NCBI GenBank assembly: GCA_964408085.1
Contig: CAYOYB010000003.1
Location: 18,806 to 82,805 of the forward strand
DNA: 64,000 bases
Direction: 5' to 3'
DNA from: an uncultured Muribaculaceae bacterium
GTDB lineage: Bacteria > Bacillota_I > Bacilli_A > RF39 > UBA660
Positions 1-10,088 of this stretch are shown one piece after another; the stretch's first letter is position 1, and each line of letters opens with the position of its first letter. The notes below the pieces were generated by a model, which worked only from the letters and a program-made list of their open reading frames with translations, ran no database searches and was not told the origin of the DNA. Made by a program: the position numbers and the translations under genes.

Positions 1-525
1 AAGTCCTTTTCCTTGAATTCCAACAGGATAACCACCAGAACCTTTTATTTCGTCAACATAAATAGCTGTTCCTTCTGGTCTAACTTCGATATTAACTGTT
101 ATATCAGGATTATGAACATCAACACGACAATTAATATTTTGTAAAACAAAGCCTCCAAAGATATTATTTAATTCCATTGTATGAATTGGAAAGCTTTTAT
201 CAGCTCTTTTCGCATTTATCTTAAAAGTTTTAAAATCTTTATTTTTTAAAATTTCCAAAATAGTCTCTTTTATACTATCAATATTATTATCGACTTGATA
301 GCAAATAACTATACCATGAATACCAAATACACGTTTTAATTTTAAAACAATTTTTTCTAAATTCTCATTAGTTTTAATATACATACGAACGCGATCTTTT
401 TTTATTTCTATATTTTCATCTTTTAATATATTTTTAATGTTTTTTTCTAACATATTAATAAAAACTTTTCGATTAGCTTTTTTAGTTGTTAATTCTCCAT
501 ATTTTATTAAGATTAATTTGTTCAT
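1..525 (-). CDS. thiI: tRNA 4-thiouridine synthase ThiI, N-terminal part (THUMP region), truncated by window start
   Basis: Manual minus-strand translation from ATG at 525-523 gives MNKLILIKYGELTTKKANRKVFINMLEKNIKN..., the typical ThiI N-terminus. Absent from the ORF track because it runs off the edge. Confidence 0.6.
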   Translation of the reverse strand, partial: MNKLILIKYGELTTKKANRKVFINMLEKNIKNILKDENIEIKKDRVRMYIKTNENLEKIVLKLKRVFGIHGIVICYQVDNNIDSIKETILEILKNKDFKTFKINAKRADKSFPIHTMELNNIFGGFVLQNINCRVDVHNPDITVNIEVRPEGTAIYVDEIKGSGGYPVGIQGKGL

Positions 526-698
526 AATACACCTCATCTTTATAATTATACCAATATTATTACAAAAGAAAAAGATTAAAAATCAAAACTCTTTAATCTT
601 TCTAATTCAAAATTCATGTTTCTTAAACTTATTCTATAGTGGTTACTTATAAATATAATTCTCATTAATTTGTTTTTTCTCTTACTTAGTAAATAAAT

Positions 699-1379
699 TT
701 ATTTTTTTCTGCCTGGATAAGGTGTCCATTCTTTACTGATATTCCAAAAATCATCTTCTAAACTCATTTTACTTTTAAGTAGGTCATTAATTTCATTTTC
801 CATTTCATATGGAATAATTTTTATGTTACATCCTAAAGAAAATAAAAAACCTCTTACAAACTTTTCAGGATTAGAATGATACTCTTTTGAACTAATATGG
901 TTATCCATAAAATAATTTTCAAATCTTTCCTCTAAATAATCAAAATTATCAACAGATGAAATATCAACTTCCATAATACCTAAATAACTAATAATATAAA
1001 TTTTTCTATCAATGGAATCACATAATTGTAAATCATTGAATGATGGGAATTGTTCACCATTTCGTTCTGTTGGATGTGAATGCGCAAAAAATTTTACACT
1101 ACCTTTTCTTATATAATTATCTAGTTCTTTTGGAACATAAGTCACTTTTTTGGAAGAAATAGTTATCATCCATACATTTTCTATACAAATTAGAGAGACT
1201 TCACCTGAACAATTATATATATTTGGAAATTCTTTTATTAAATTAACAGAAGGTATCTTATTTATTATATATATACCTTCTCCTAATTTTTCTAAATCTT
1301 TTATACTGATTATATTATCTATATCTACAGATTTATAATCAGTTATTCTTTCCATAAATAATTCTCTTATACTTTTCAT
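699..1379 (-). CDS. JAB/MPN (RadC-like) metalloprotease-domain protein, function unknown
   Basis: Motif FAHSHPTERNGEQFPSFNDLQL resembles the RadC/JAB signature HNHPSGxxxPSxxDxxLT (HxH...S..D). Sits 25 nt downstream of, and co-oriented with, the sigma factor gene. Confidence 0.45.
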   Translation of the reverse strand: MKSIRELFMERITDYKSVDIDNIISIKDLEKLGEGIYIINKIPSVNLIKEFPNIYNCSGEVSLICIENVWMITISSKKVTYVPKELDNYIRKGSVKFFAHSHPTERNGEQFPSFNDLQLCDSIDRKIYIISYLGIMEVDISSVDNFDYLEERFENYFMDNHISSKEYHSNPEKFVRGFLFSLGCNIKIIPYEMENEINDLLKSKMSLEDDFWNISKEWTPYPGRKK

Positions 1380-1403
1380 AAATCTAATGTCCTTCCCATA
1401 AAT

Positions 1404-2117
1404 TTACTTTAATGTTTTGCTTTTAACTATATCATTTTGACCAATTTCAATCATTTTTTCAGCCATTAATCTAAATTTTATTTTTCTAAGACCTCTTAAT
1501 AAGGCTCTTGAAACAGTAGATTGATTAATATTTAACCTATCAGCAATTTGATATTGTGTTAATTGATAATTATCTTTGAATCCAAAATATAATATTATAC
1601 TTTCTTTATCAATTTCTGGTAAATCTTTAATTATCTTTCGTATAGCACCATATAATTCTTTAGTCTCATATTCTGCTATTAAATCAGAATTAGGTTCAGG
1701 TAGTATATCATTAAGTTTTAATCGCCAACATTTTTTATTCCTTACAACATTTTGATTTAAACTTACATCATTAATAATGTATTTTTTATTATCCCTAATA
1801 AAATTTAAAATTCCATTTCTAACACATTTAGCTGAGTAAGTTGAAAACTGAGTTCCTTTATTTATATCAAATGTATCAACACTTTTTATTAACCAAAATA
1901 GTCCAACAGATGTTAATTCATCTAAATCATAATACATACCTGAAAATTCTTGCTTTACCTTCTTTATAACAAGTTTCATATTATGTTTAATAATCTTATC
2001 TCTTGCTTTCATATCCCCAGATTTCATTTTTTTAAAACATATATGGAATTCTTCTGGTGTTAATGGTTCTGGTAGTTCTGTATCTATAAATATATCATTT
2101 ATTTTATTATATTTCAT
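1404..2117 (-). CDS. RNA polymerase sigma factor, sigma-70 family, sporulation-type (SigE/F/G/K-like)
   Basis: 237 aa. Regions 2 and 4 are recognisable (LTPEEF..KMKSGDMKARDKIIKHNMKLV; FSTYSAKCVRNGILNFIRDN; C-terminal HTH QYQIADRLNINQSTVSRALLRGLRKI). Layout mirrors B. subtilis SigG/SigF. Confidence 0.8.
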   Translation of the reverse strand: MKYNKINDIFIDTELPEPLTPEEFHICFKKMKSGDMKARDKIIKHNMKLVIKKVKQEFSGMYYDLDELTSVGLFWLIKSVDTFDINKGTQFSTYSAKCVRNGILNFIRDNKKYIINDVSLNQNVVRNKKCWRLKLNDILPEPNSDLIAEYETKELYGAIRKIIKDLPEIDKESIILYFGFKDNYQLTQYQIADRLNINQSTVSRALLRGLRKIKFRLMAEKMIEIGQNDIVKSKTLK

Positions 2118-2273
2118 ATATTTGCAACCCCTTTTTAAAAATCTGAATTTCTTTCAAATAAAATTTGTTTAGTGCATATTGTAACAAAAGGAAATTTAAT
2201 TATCAATTGATTAAAAGAGATTGAATTTTGATTTTGGTAATATTATAATTATCAATTTTAATATCAATATTCA

Positions 2274-2726
2274 TTATAATTTTCTATCATTTTTCTTCTT
2301 AATTAATATAGCCTCATCATAAATTTTCAACTTTTCCTTAATTTCATTAATTCTGCTCTCAAGTTCTACCTTTTTAACGATGGTAGACATTGCTAACAAT
2401 ATTTCTGACATGCTACCAACAGTAGCAACCAGACTTATAATTAATATAGTTATAAGCATACGAACATCATCAATATCATCAACTATAAAGCAAAGAAATA
2501 CTACAAAAATATTAATAGACATAATTGTTAAATGTTTCTTCAAATTTCTTTGTTCATTTTTACTTAATTCTTCATATTTTTCTTTTTTTTTACATAATAT
2601 TCTTTTTCCATCTTTAAGTGTTTAACATGTAAATTTTTAAGATATTGCCTTATTTCATCATTTGATGGTTCCTTTGCTAGTTTAACACTTAAATTATTAT
2701 TTTCATCATTATTCATAATAATTATC
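2274..2726 (-). pseudogene. Frameshifted paralog of the small 2-TM membrane protein at 3144..3569 (tandem duplicate)
   Basis: Minus-strand translation from ATG near 2726 reads MNNDENNNLSVKLAKEPSNDEIRQYLKNLHVKHLKMEKEYYVKKKKNMKN*. It stops inside an A9/T9 homopolymer at 2583-2591. The -1 frame continues as the 89-aa ORF 2274..2543 (…LESRINEIKEKLK), homologous to the C-terminus of 3144..3569. Upstream flank 2700-2790 duplicates 3540-3640. Confidence 0.5.
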
Positions 2727-2895
2727 CCCCTTAAATTGGTTCATATTATACACCAAAATTATTTATTGTCAAATTTTTGATGTAGATAGATAAGTAAAAA
2801 AATTTTATGCTGTAAAGTTGATATAATAAATTCAAAAGCTTTATTTTGATAATAAAAAATATATAGTTCTAAAAAATAAAAAGACTATAAAGTCT

Positions 2896-3144
2896 TTAAA
2901 AATTCAAATTTAATTTTTCTTTTGATTCATTAACAAAAAGTGGTAATAATTTTTGTATAAGTTCTTTATTCTCTACCTCTACTAAAGAATTTCTTTCCTT
3001 ATTTTCAACTAGAAATTTAATATTACTTAAATTTTCTATTTCTGTTAAATAATAATAAATATTATTTTCATAATTTGTTTTACTAGCAACAACATACCTA
3101 ATATTATCACTTAATGTAACTACATCTTTAATATCGATATTCAT
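2896..3144 (-). CDS. small hypothetical protein (DUF1292-like architecture?)
   Basis: 82 aa. Its start overlaps the stop of 3144..3569 (ATGA), suggesting translational coupling. The acidic pattern VTLSDN..YVV....YYYLTEIE...VENKE loosely resembles DUF1292 proteins. Confidence 0.4.
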   Translation of the reverse strand: MNIDIKDVVTLSDNIRYVVASKTNYENNIYYYLTEIENLSNIKFLVENKERNSLVEVENKELIQKLLPLFVNESKEKLNLNF

Positions 3145-3569
3145 TATAAGCTTCTCCCTTTTTCTTCTTCATAATTCATACTATTTTCATTATTATTTTG
3201 TTTATTTTGTAGTTCCCAAAGTTCAAATTTTTCATCTATTTCATTAATTCTACTCTCAAGTCCTGCTTTTTTAGCAATACTAGCAGCAATATCTCGTATT
3301 CCAACGACACTAACAGAAATTCCACTTGCACTTACCAATGTATATACTATTTGATTTATATCATATTTTATATCATATACATTCATCATAAGTATTATTA
3401 TCCCTAATAATGCACAATTTAATACGTTTAAAAACAGCTTTTTGTTTTCTCTTTCATTCAACTCTTCATATTTTTCTATTTTTTTAACATAATACTCTTT
3501 TACAATTTCGTTCATTGGTTGATTCATATCTAAATTATTATTATTTTTATTATTTTCATTATTATTCAC
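3144..3569 (-). CDS. small membrane protein (two predicted TM helices, C-terminal coiled/charged tail)
   Basis: 141 aa. Asn-rich N-terminus; hydrophobic stretches LLGIIILMMNVY and IVYTLVSASGISVSVVGI; C-terminus GLESRINEIDEKFELWEL is shared with the 2274..2543 paralog. Confidence 0.55.
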   Translation of the reverse strand: MNNNENNKNNNNLDMNQPMNEIVKEYYVKKIEKYEELNERENKKLFLNVLNCALLGIIILMMNVYDIKYDINQIVYTLVSASGISVSVVGIRDIAASIAKKAGLESRINEIDEKFELWELQNKQNNNENSMNYEEEKGRSL

Positions 3570-3611
3570 AACAATTCCCCCTTAAAACTTGCCTATATTA
3601 TAACACTAAAA

Positions 3612-4154
3612 TTATTTATTGTCAAATTTTTGATGTAAATAATTGAACAATTTTTCGTGTTCTAAAGTAGATGGAACATATTCTGGGTCACCATTTTTAA
3701 AAATTTGGTCTAAATATTCATAATAAACATATTTAATATCTGTAAGTTCTGAAAATTGTAATTTCGTATTTTCAACATCAAGATTTAAATTTACTAAGTA
3801 GACATCATCAATTACATGTAACATATGGTCTTTATATGGTTGTTTTCTTCTTAATGTAAATAAGTATTCTATTTTATCATCAGTTACTACTTGTCCTAAT
3901 TCTTCTTTTAATTCTCTTTTTAATGAATCTAAACTTGTTTCACCACTTCTTACATGACCTGCAACTGAAATAGCCCAAAGATTAGCATATGTTTCTTTTT
4001 TTGGATGTCTTTTCTGAACTAATATTTGCTTTTCATCATTTATAATCCAAATATGTACTGATCTATGATAATCTCCTGTTTCATAAACTTCTTGTTTTGT
4101 TTTAACAATGCCTGTTTTATTACCATTTTTATCTAGTATATCTATATACTCCAT
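3612..4154 (-). CDS. NUDIX hydrolase
   Basis: NUDIX box GHVRSGETSLDSLKRELKEELG (GX5EX7REUXEEXGU) is present. 180 aa. Confidence 0.8.
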   Translation of the reverse strand: MEYIDILDKNGNKTGIVKTKQEVYETGDYHRSVHIWIINDEKQILVQKRHPKKETYANLWAISVAGHVRSGETSLDSLKRELKEELGQVVTDDKIEYLFTLRRKQPYKDHMLHVIDDVYLVNLNLDVENTKLQFSELTDIKYVYYEYLDQIFKNGDPEYVPSTLEHEKLFNYLHQKFDNK

Positions 4155-4195
4155 TTAATCACCTCAAGTAAAAAAAGTAATATTTAGTTACTTTT

Positions 4196-5914
4196 TTATC
4201 TTTCCATTTCATATAAATTAGATAATTTATTATATATATCTGGTTCAACTTTATTTAAAGTTTCAATTGTTAATTCTAAGGATTTTTTATAATCACCTTT
4301 ATTAAATAACACTTCAGAATAAGTTAATCTTTTATCTAAGTCATCTGTATTACTACGATATCTATTTCCATATACAATTGCCATTTCAGCAAATTTAGCA
4401 GCTTTAATCATTTCTTTAGTACGTCCATAGATTTTTAAAACTAAATCACGAGCTGTATCTACACGCGTATTTAAAACATCAATTGTAATTGGTTTTTTTG
4501 CTAATTCTTTAACAATTTCTTTAATTGCTGATTGAGCTTCACTTAATTCAACAAAATAAGATTTAGGTATTGTTGGTAAATTGTATTGACGAAGATAATT
4601 TTTTGAATCTTTTAAAATTAGACGAATTTCTTCTAGTTGTTGACGAGCTCTAACTTCATCTTCACGCATACTTCCAATTTGATCTAAAACACCATCTAAT
4701 CGTGATTCTAAATTAGCTAATCTTAAAATTAAATTTTCAATTTCTTTTGTTAATTTTGAATAAGCAAATGTATTATTATTTGTATGTTGCATTAAAACAT
4801 TATAGTCTTCATTTAACGCATCAAAATCTTTTTTGATATTGTTTAATTCTTCAATATTTTCATCTGACAAATTATATAGATTTTTAACATCATCAATTGA
4901 TGAGAATATCTCTGTAAGCAATTCATTTATTTTAGATAATTTATTTTGTAATTTATCGTTAGCTTCATCATAAACATTTTTTGTAACTTTTTCTTTTTCA
5001 AAATCATTAAATAAATTTTCAAAATAATCATGAAGAACTTTTAATTCTAAAAGGCTATCTTCCAAATCAAGTTTTTCAGCTCTAGATAAAATATCATCAA
5101 TTTTTTTATAAGCTTCATCTATATTGTATTCAACATTTAAATAATCAAGTGGAAAACCTTTACTAGATAACTGTTTATATGTCTCACCAATTTCGACAAT
5201 TTTTTTAGGTAAAATACTTGTAGCTAGTAAGATAATTGAAGGCATTTCGGTTACGATAACTTCCATATGTTTCAACATATCGCTAATAGTACTAACCAAT
5301 TCACTAACCTCAGTATAATCATTATTTTCCATAATAAGTTCAAATTTTTCAAAACTTTTGGCAATTGTTTCAAATTGTTTAAAAACAGTTTTTTCGTAAT
5401 CGCCATAACTTTCTTTTTCATTAGTGAATTTTTGATATATTTCACGATATTTAGCTTTTAATTTAGTAATTATAGCACGATTTTTTTCCTCACTATTAGT
5501 TATATCCTTTATTTCATTAAGAAGAAATTCCGAATTAGTTCGCACTTTATAAATTTCCATTTCTAATTTAGCTATTTTATAAAGTGTGGCTTTATAATCC
5601 ATTTGTGAGAGAGAATATTCAGCCTCAATAATCATATCAGTAATTTTAGGAATTTGTGTATTTTTAATATTTTCAAGACGTTCTTTCCAATCATTATACA
5701 TAACTTCCATTTTTTCACTTTTTAAATAAGATTCAACTTTAGCAAGTTCTGGTATAATTGGAGTACTATCCAAAACATTTTTTTGAACCTCTAGATTATT
5801 TATCAACTTCTTCATCTTTTTATTCTTTGAACTCTGCATTAAATTAAGGACAACGACAATAAGGACTATAGCTACGACAACTAATGTAATGATTGTTAAA
5901 GCTATACCATCCAT
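4196..5914 (-). CDS. ezrA: septation ring formation regulator EzrA
   Basis: 572 aa. N-terminal TM anchor (IALTIITLVVVAIVLIVVVL) followed by long coiled-coil repeats. C-terminal GNRYRS patch matches the EzrA QNR motif. Sits divergent from rpsD as in B. subtilis. Confidence 0.8.
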   Translation of the reverse strand: MDGIALTIITLVVVAIVLIVVVLNLMQSSKNKKMKKLINNLEVQKNVLDSTPIIPELAKVESYLKSEKMEVMYNDWKERLENIKNTQIPKITDMIIEAEYSLSQMDYKATLYKIAKLEMEIYKVRTNSEFLLNEIKDITNSEEKNRAIITKLKAKYREIYQKFTNEKESYGDYEKTVFKQFETIAKSFEKFELIMENNDYTEVSELVSTISDMLKHMEVIVTEMPSIILLATSILPKKIVEIGETYKQLSSKGFPLDYLNVEYNIDEAYKKIDDILSRAEKLDLEDSLLELKVLHDYFENLFNDFEKEKVTKNVYDEANDKLQNKLSKINELLTEIFSSIDDVKNLYNLSDENIEELNNIKKDFDALNEDYNVLMQHTNNNTFAYSKLTKEIENLILRLANLESRLDGVLDQIGSMREDEVRARQQLEEIRLILKDSKNYLRQYNLPTIPKSYFVELSEAQSAIKEIVKELAKKPITIDVLNTRVDTARDLVLKIYGRTKEMIKAAKFAEMAIVYGNRYRSNTDDLDKRLTYSEVLFNKGDYKKSLELTIETLNKVEPDIYNKLSNLYEMER

Positions 5915-6228
5915 ACTACCACCTCTATTATATATAATACCATACTTTTTGAAAAATTTTGCATTTTTTTTACATTTTTTGACGATTTTTGTAGTTTCTA
6001 GAGAATAATATTGTAGTTTTGTGCTTGACTAATAAGGAAAAACATAATATAATATTGATTGCGTATTCATCTAGCAGCACTATTTTGAAAATTGTAATGT
6101 GTTTATTACCGATTGGGATTATTGGTACCTTAGGCTGCAAAGCGAAAATATTAAAATAAACACCCTATAATTTGGCAAAATAAAAAGTTTGATGTCTAAG
6201 CATATATATTGAAAGGAGAAAAAAATTT

Positions 6229-6831
6229 ATGGCAAGATATACTGGACCTATGTATAGAAAATCAAGAAGATTTGGATTTTCTGTTCTAGAAACTGGTAAA
6301 GAATTAGCTAAGAAACCTACTATTCCTGGTCAACATGGTACAGGTAGAGGTAAAAAATTATCTAATTACGGAACTCAATTACAAGAAAAACAAAAAGTTA
6401 AATTCATGTATGGATTAACAGAAAAACAATTTAGAAAAACATTTGAAGAAGCTGGTAAGCTTAAAGGTGTTCATGGTGAAGACTTCTTAAAATTACTAGA
6501 AAGTCGTTTAGATAATTTAGTTTATCGTATTGGTTTTTCAACAACGAGAAGAGGTGCTAGACAATTAGTTAATCATGGACATATTACTGTTAATGGTAAA
6601 AAAGTTAATATTCCTTCTTACAGATGTAAACCAGGTGATGTTATCGCTATTAAAGATAACGCTAAAGAAATGGTTGTTATCAAGTCTTCATTAGAAAGTA
6701 TTAACAATCGTGTTGAATTTATAACTTATGATGAAAATAAAATGGCTGGTACTTATGTAAGATATCCTGAACGTAGTGAATTAAATGCTGATATTAACGA
6801 ATCATTAATCGTTGAATTCTACAATAGATAA
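6229..6831 (+). CDS. rpsD: 30S ribosomal protein S4
   Basis: MARYTGPMYRKSRRFGFSV... is the canonical S4 N-terminus, with the S4 RNA-binding domain in the C-terminal half. 200 aa. Confidence 0.95.
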   Translation: MARYTGPMYRKSRRFGFSVLETGKELAKKPTIPGQHGTGRGKKLSNYGTQLQEKQKVKFMYGLTEKQFRKTFEEAGKLKGVHGEDFLKLLESRLDNLVYRIGFSTTRRGARQLVNHGHITVNGKKVNIPSYRCKPGDVIAIKDNAKEMVVIKSSLESINNRVEFITYDENKMAGTYVRYPERSELNADINESLIVEFYNR

Positions 6832-6858
6832 AATCAGAGTAATCTGATTTTTTTCTTT
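6831..6858 (+). terminator. intrinsic terminator of rpsD
   Basis: Hairpin aaatcagagtaatctgattt followed by tttttcttt, immediately after the rpsD stop. Confidence 0.6.
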
Positions 6859-6911
6859 TAAAAATATAAAAAATATGTTAAAATATAATTAATACTAGGG
6901 AGGGATTAGTT

Positions 6912-8132
6912 TTGAAAAGATTTTTTGGTATAATGTGCATTATTGTTATACTAATGCCCTACTTCTTTGTTCCTAATTTTGAGGTTTCTGGTAAAACACT
7001 TGGAGATTTAAAAGCAGAATTAGCAGAAACAGAACAACAATTAAAAAACAATCAAAGTGAAAAATATTTAACTCAAGAGCAAATTGCAACTACTAAACAA
7101 AATATTATAGATATAAATGATACAATTAATAATATTAATGCTCAAATTATTACTCTTACTAACGAGATTGAAGAATTAAATGTTCAAATTGCTGAAAAAG
7201 ATGATGAAATCAAAAAAGTTGTAAATTTTCTACAAATTTCTAATGGTGAATCAGCTTATTTAGAGTATACATTTGGAGCTAAAGATTTTACTGATTTTAT
7301 TTATAGAGCAGCTGTTACAGAACAATTAGCTAATTATAATGATCGATTAATTGATGAGTATAATGGTTTAATTAGTAGTAAAGAAGAAACTCAAAAAGAA
7401 TTAAGTACAGAAAAAGTCAATTTAACAAATAAACAAAAAGAACTTGAAGTAGAAGTTGAAAAACTAGGTAATAAAATTAATGAACTTGAATCAGAAGCAC
7501 TTGATATCGAAGACGCTATTGCATCACAAAAAGAAATTATTAAAATGTATGAAGAAGATTTAGGTTGTAAAGATGATGAAGATATTAAAACTTGTGGCGG
7601 AAATGCGCTACCACCTGATACAGCTTTTTGGCGACCTTTAACTTATGGTTATATTAGTAGTAACTATGGTTATCGAACATATTGGCTTAATGGTGGCTGG
7701 ACTAGTGACTTCCATGCTGGAGTGGATCAGGCTACAGCTGGTGGAACGCCAATTTATGCTACAGCTGGTGGAACAGTTGCATCAATAACAAGATATGCCT
7801 CTTGTGGTGGTAATTATGTCTTTATCCATCATAGAGTAAATGGTCAATTCTATACTAGTCTTTATATGCATATGCGTGATATTTATGTAAATGTTGGTGA
7901 TCGTGTTGATAAAAATACGATAATTGGAACAGTTGGTGGAAACCCTTATGTTGAGTATTGGGATTCATGTTCTACTGGTGAACATTTACACTTTACGATG
8001 TTCTATGGGCGTGTTGGTATTGATTATCCTTCTTATGGCAGTGCATATTATGCTAACAGAGTTGACCCTAGGGTTTTAGTTAATTTTCCAGCTCTAGGAA
8101 GTAGTTTCTACGATAGAACTACTAGGTATTAA
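6912..8132 (+). CDS. secreted coiled-coil protein with C-terminal M23 (LytM) peptidase domain
   Basis: TTG start preceded by AGGGAGGG. Signal/TM at the N-terminus, ~200 aa coiled coil, and M23 motifs HAGVD (HxxxD) and HLHF (HxH) near the C-terminus. Confidence 0.8.
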   Translation: MKRFFGIMCIIVILMPYFFVPNFEVSGKTLGDLKAELAETEQQLKNNQSEKYLTQEQIATTKQNIIDINDTINNINAQIITLTNEIEELNVQIAEKDDEIKKVVNFLQISNGESAYLEYTFGAKDFTDFIYRAAVTEQLANYNDRLIDEYNGLISSKEETQKELSTEKVNLTNKQKELEVEVEKLGNKINELESEALDIEDAIASQKEIIKMYEEDLGCKDDEDIKTCGGNALPPDTAFWRPLTYGYISSNYGYRTYWLNGGWTSDFHAGVDQATAGGTPIYATAGGTVASITRYASCGGNYVFIHHRVNGQFYTSLYMHMRDIYVNVGDRVDKNTIIGTVGGNPYVEYWDSCSTGEHLHFTMFYGRVGIDYPSYGSAYYANRVDPRVLVNFPALGSSFYDRTTRY

Positions 8133-8133
8133 A

Positions 8134-8164
8134 AATATTGAAAAATCTCTTCAATATTTTTTTA
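8134..8164 (+). terminator. intrinsic terminator after the M23 peptidase gene
   Basis: 9-bp stem aatattgaa/ttcaatatt followed by a T-run. Confidence 0.6.
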
Positions 8165-8268
8165 TTCAATAATCTCTCCATTATTAATTAGAAGAAAGAT
8201 AAAAGCACTATTGACACACTTTAATTATTATCATATAATATGTTCGTTTAAATCAAGGAGAAAAAAAT

Positions 8269-8625
8269 ATGCAAGAAAAATTTGAAGAACAGGTATTCAA
8301 CAATAATTCTATTTATAATTTGTGTTTATTATTAGATAATGATGAATTGGATAAATTATGTGATTATTTATTAAATTTTTTAAAAAAAGAGAAATTTTCT
8401 TTTCATATTATCGACATTATGTCTAAAATAGTGGCTGTTTATTGTGAAATATCAATAATGAAAAATATAAGTCATAATATTGACAATCGTAATTATTTTT
8501 TATATAGCTTTCTAGGCATTTGCATAATTGCTTTGAACGAAGTATATAATTCTATTCAAAATGAACTAAAATTTAGAAAAGCAATAATAAAGCAAATAAA
8601 TGATAAAAACTTAATAAAGCAGTAG
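8269..8625 (+). CDS. hypothetical protein
   Basis: 118-aa ORF with AAGGAG 8 nt upstream. No recognisable motif. Its 3' end is followed by a 27-nt tandem direct repeat (8591-8617 / 8632-8658). Confidence 0.4.
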   Translation: MQEKFEEQVFNNNSIYNLCLLLDNDELDKLCDYLLNFLKKEKFSFHIIDIMSKIVAVYCEISIMKNISHNIDNRNYFLYSFLGICIIALNEVYNSIQNELKFRKAIIKQINDKNLIKQ

Positions 8626-8823
8626 TAAAGCAAATAAATGAAAAAAACTTAATTTTTTTAAATAAATTTATATGTAACATAACAAATGATGGCACGAATA
8701 AGATTGATTTAGATTATGATTTTATCAATAAGATTCAACGTGCATTTAACCATAATTTTATATTTAGTTCAGATAATTCTGGTTTAGATAATAATATGAA
8801 AGTAAAAACCAAGTAAATTTACT

Positions 8824-8866
8824 TATAAAAAAACTATATAGTTTAAATAAACATACCTATATAGTT
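8824..8866 (-). terminator. intrinsic terminator of tyrS (bidirectional hairpin)
   Basis: 10-bp stem aactatatag/ctatatagtt flanked by A-run and T-run. The stem overlaps the last codons of tyrS. Confidence 0.55.
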
Positions 8867-10069
8867 TTTTTTCTTTCCACGTCTTACCACAATGATTTCA
8901 TTTTCTATTGCAATATCTTTTGTTACTATAAAATTTTCATCTGTTATTTTTTGTTCATTAATACTAATAGCGCCACTATTTAAAAATTCTCTTGCTTCTC
9001 TTTTACTTGAACAAATAGAATTATTGACAAGTAAATCTAAAATATTAATATCTTCATTTATTTCAAAATGTGGTACATCTTTAAATCCTATTTTTAATTC
9101 TTCTAATGATAAATTATTTATATTACCACTAAATAATGCTTCACTTATTTTAACAGCTTTATTATATTCTTCTTCACCATGTAAGAATGTTATAATTTCA
9201 CGAGCTAATGCTTTATGAGCAACTCTTAAATGTGGTTCCTTTTTATTAGTTTCTTCTAATGATTCAATTTCTTCAATAGACAAAAAAGTAAATATTTTTA
9301 AATAATTAATAACCATTTCATCTTCAACATTAATTAAATATTGATACATTTCATAACTAGAAGTTTTATTTTTATCAAGCCATAAAGCATTGCCTTCACT
9401 TTTACCAAATTTTTTACCATCTTTAGTCGTAACTAATGGCATCGTAAATCCATAAACTTCTTTACCTGTTTTTTTACGAATTAAATCAATACCTGCTGTA
9501 ATATTTCCCCATTGGTCAGAACCAGCAACTTGTAGAGTACAATTTTTTTCTTCATATAAATGTAAAAAATCCATAGCTTGCATAATCATATAAGAAAATT
9601 CTGTATATGTTATACCACTATCAAGTCTTCTTCTAATAATATCCTTATCCAACATATAATTAACATTAAAGTATTTACCATAATCACGTAAAAAATCAAT
9701 AAAATTTATATCTTTCGCCCAATCATAATTATTTACAACTTCAAAGCCAAAGAATTTTTCTGCTTGACTTTTTAAACCTTCAAAATTTTTCAAAACTTCT
9801 TCTTTTGTTATCATAGCTCGCTCTGTAGTAGGACGAGGATCACCAATTAACCCTGTTGCACCACCAATTAGTAAAATAGGGTTATGCCCAGCATTTTTTA
9901 GTCGTTTAGAAATTAAGAATGATGATAAATGGCCAAGATGCATACTATCAGCTGTAGGATCAGTTCCAATATAAAAAGTCATTCCACCATTATTTAATTT
10001 TTCTTTTAATTCTTCACTAGAGATATCTTTAATAAGACCTCTCCATACTAATTCATCATATAATTTCAT
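8843..10069 (-). CDS. tyrS: tyrosine--tRNA ligase
   Basis: Class I HIGH motif (TDPTADSMHLGHL) and KMSKS-type motif (KFGKSEGN); C-terminal S4-like domain. 408 aa. Confidence 0.95.
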   Translation of the reverse strand: MKLYDELVWRGLIKDISSEELKEKLNNGGMTFYIGTDPTADSMHLGHLSSFLISKRLKNAGHNPILLIGGATGLIGDPRPTTERAMITKEEVLKNFEGLKSQAEKFFGFEVVNNYDWAKDINFIDFLRDYGKYFNVNYMLDKDIIRRRLDSGITYTEFSYMIMQAMDFLHLYEEKNCTLQVAGSDQWGNITAGIDLIRKKTGKEVYGFTMPLVTTKDGKKFGKSEGNALWLDKNKTSSYEMYQYLINVEDEMVINYLKIFTFLSIEEIESLEETNKKEPHLRVAHKALAREIITFLHGEEEYNKAVKISEALFSGNINNLSLEELKIGFKDVPHFEINEDINILDLLVNNSICSSKREAREFLNSGAISINEQKITDENFIVTKDIAIENEIIVVRRGKKKNYIGMFI

Positions 10070-10088
10070 TATATTACCTCCTCATATC

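Noticed and set aside
2380-2625. 81-aa plus-strand ORF in the duplicated region
   Set aside because: Antisense to the frameshifted membrane-protein paralog. Ile/Ser-rich low-complexity translation.
8892-9218. 108-aa ORF antisense inside tyrS; likewise 437..652, 1150..1338, 5267..5461, 12258..12494, 16863..17140, 18497..18697, 31256..31570, 45373..45555, 46000..46227, 50624..50815, 52853..53095, 56545..56850, 57393..57629, 57805..58104 and 58718..58945
   Set aside because: All lie entirely within and antisense to (or overlapping) well-supported genes. In AT-rich DNA the opposite strand of a coding region is often open by chance. The peptides are low-complexity (S/L/I/F-rich) with no motifs.
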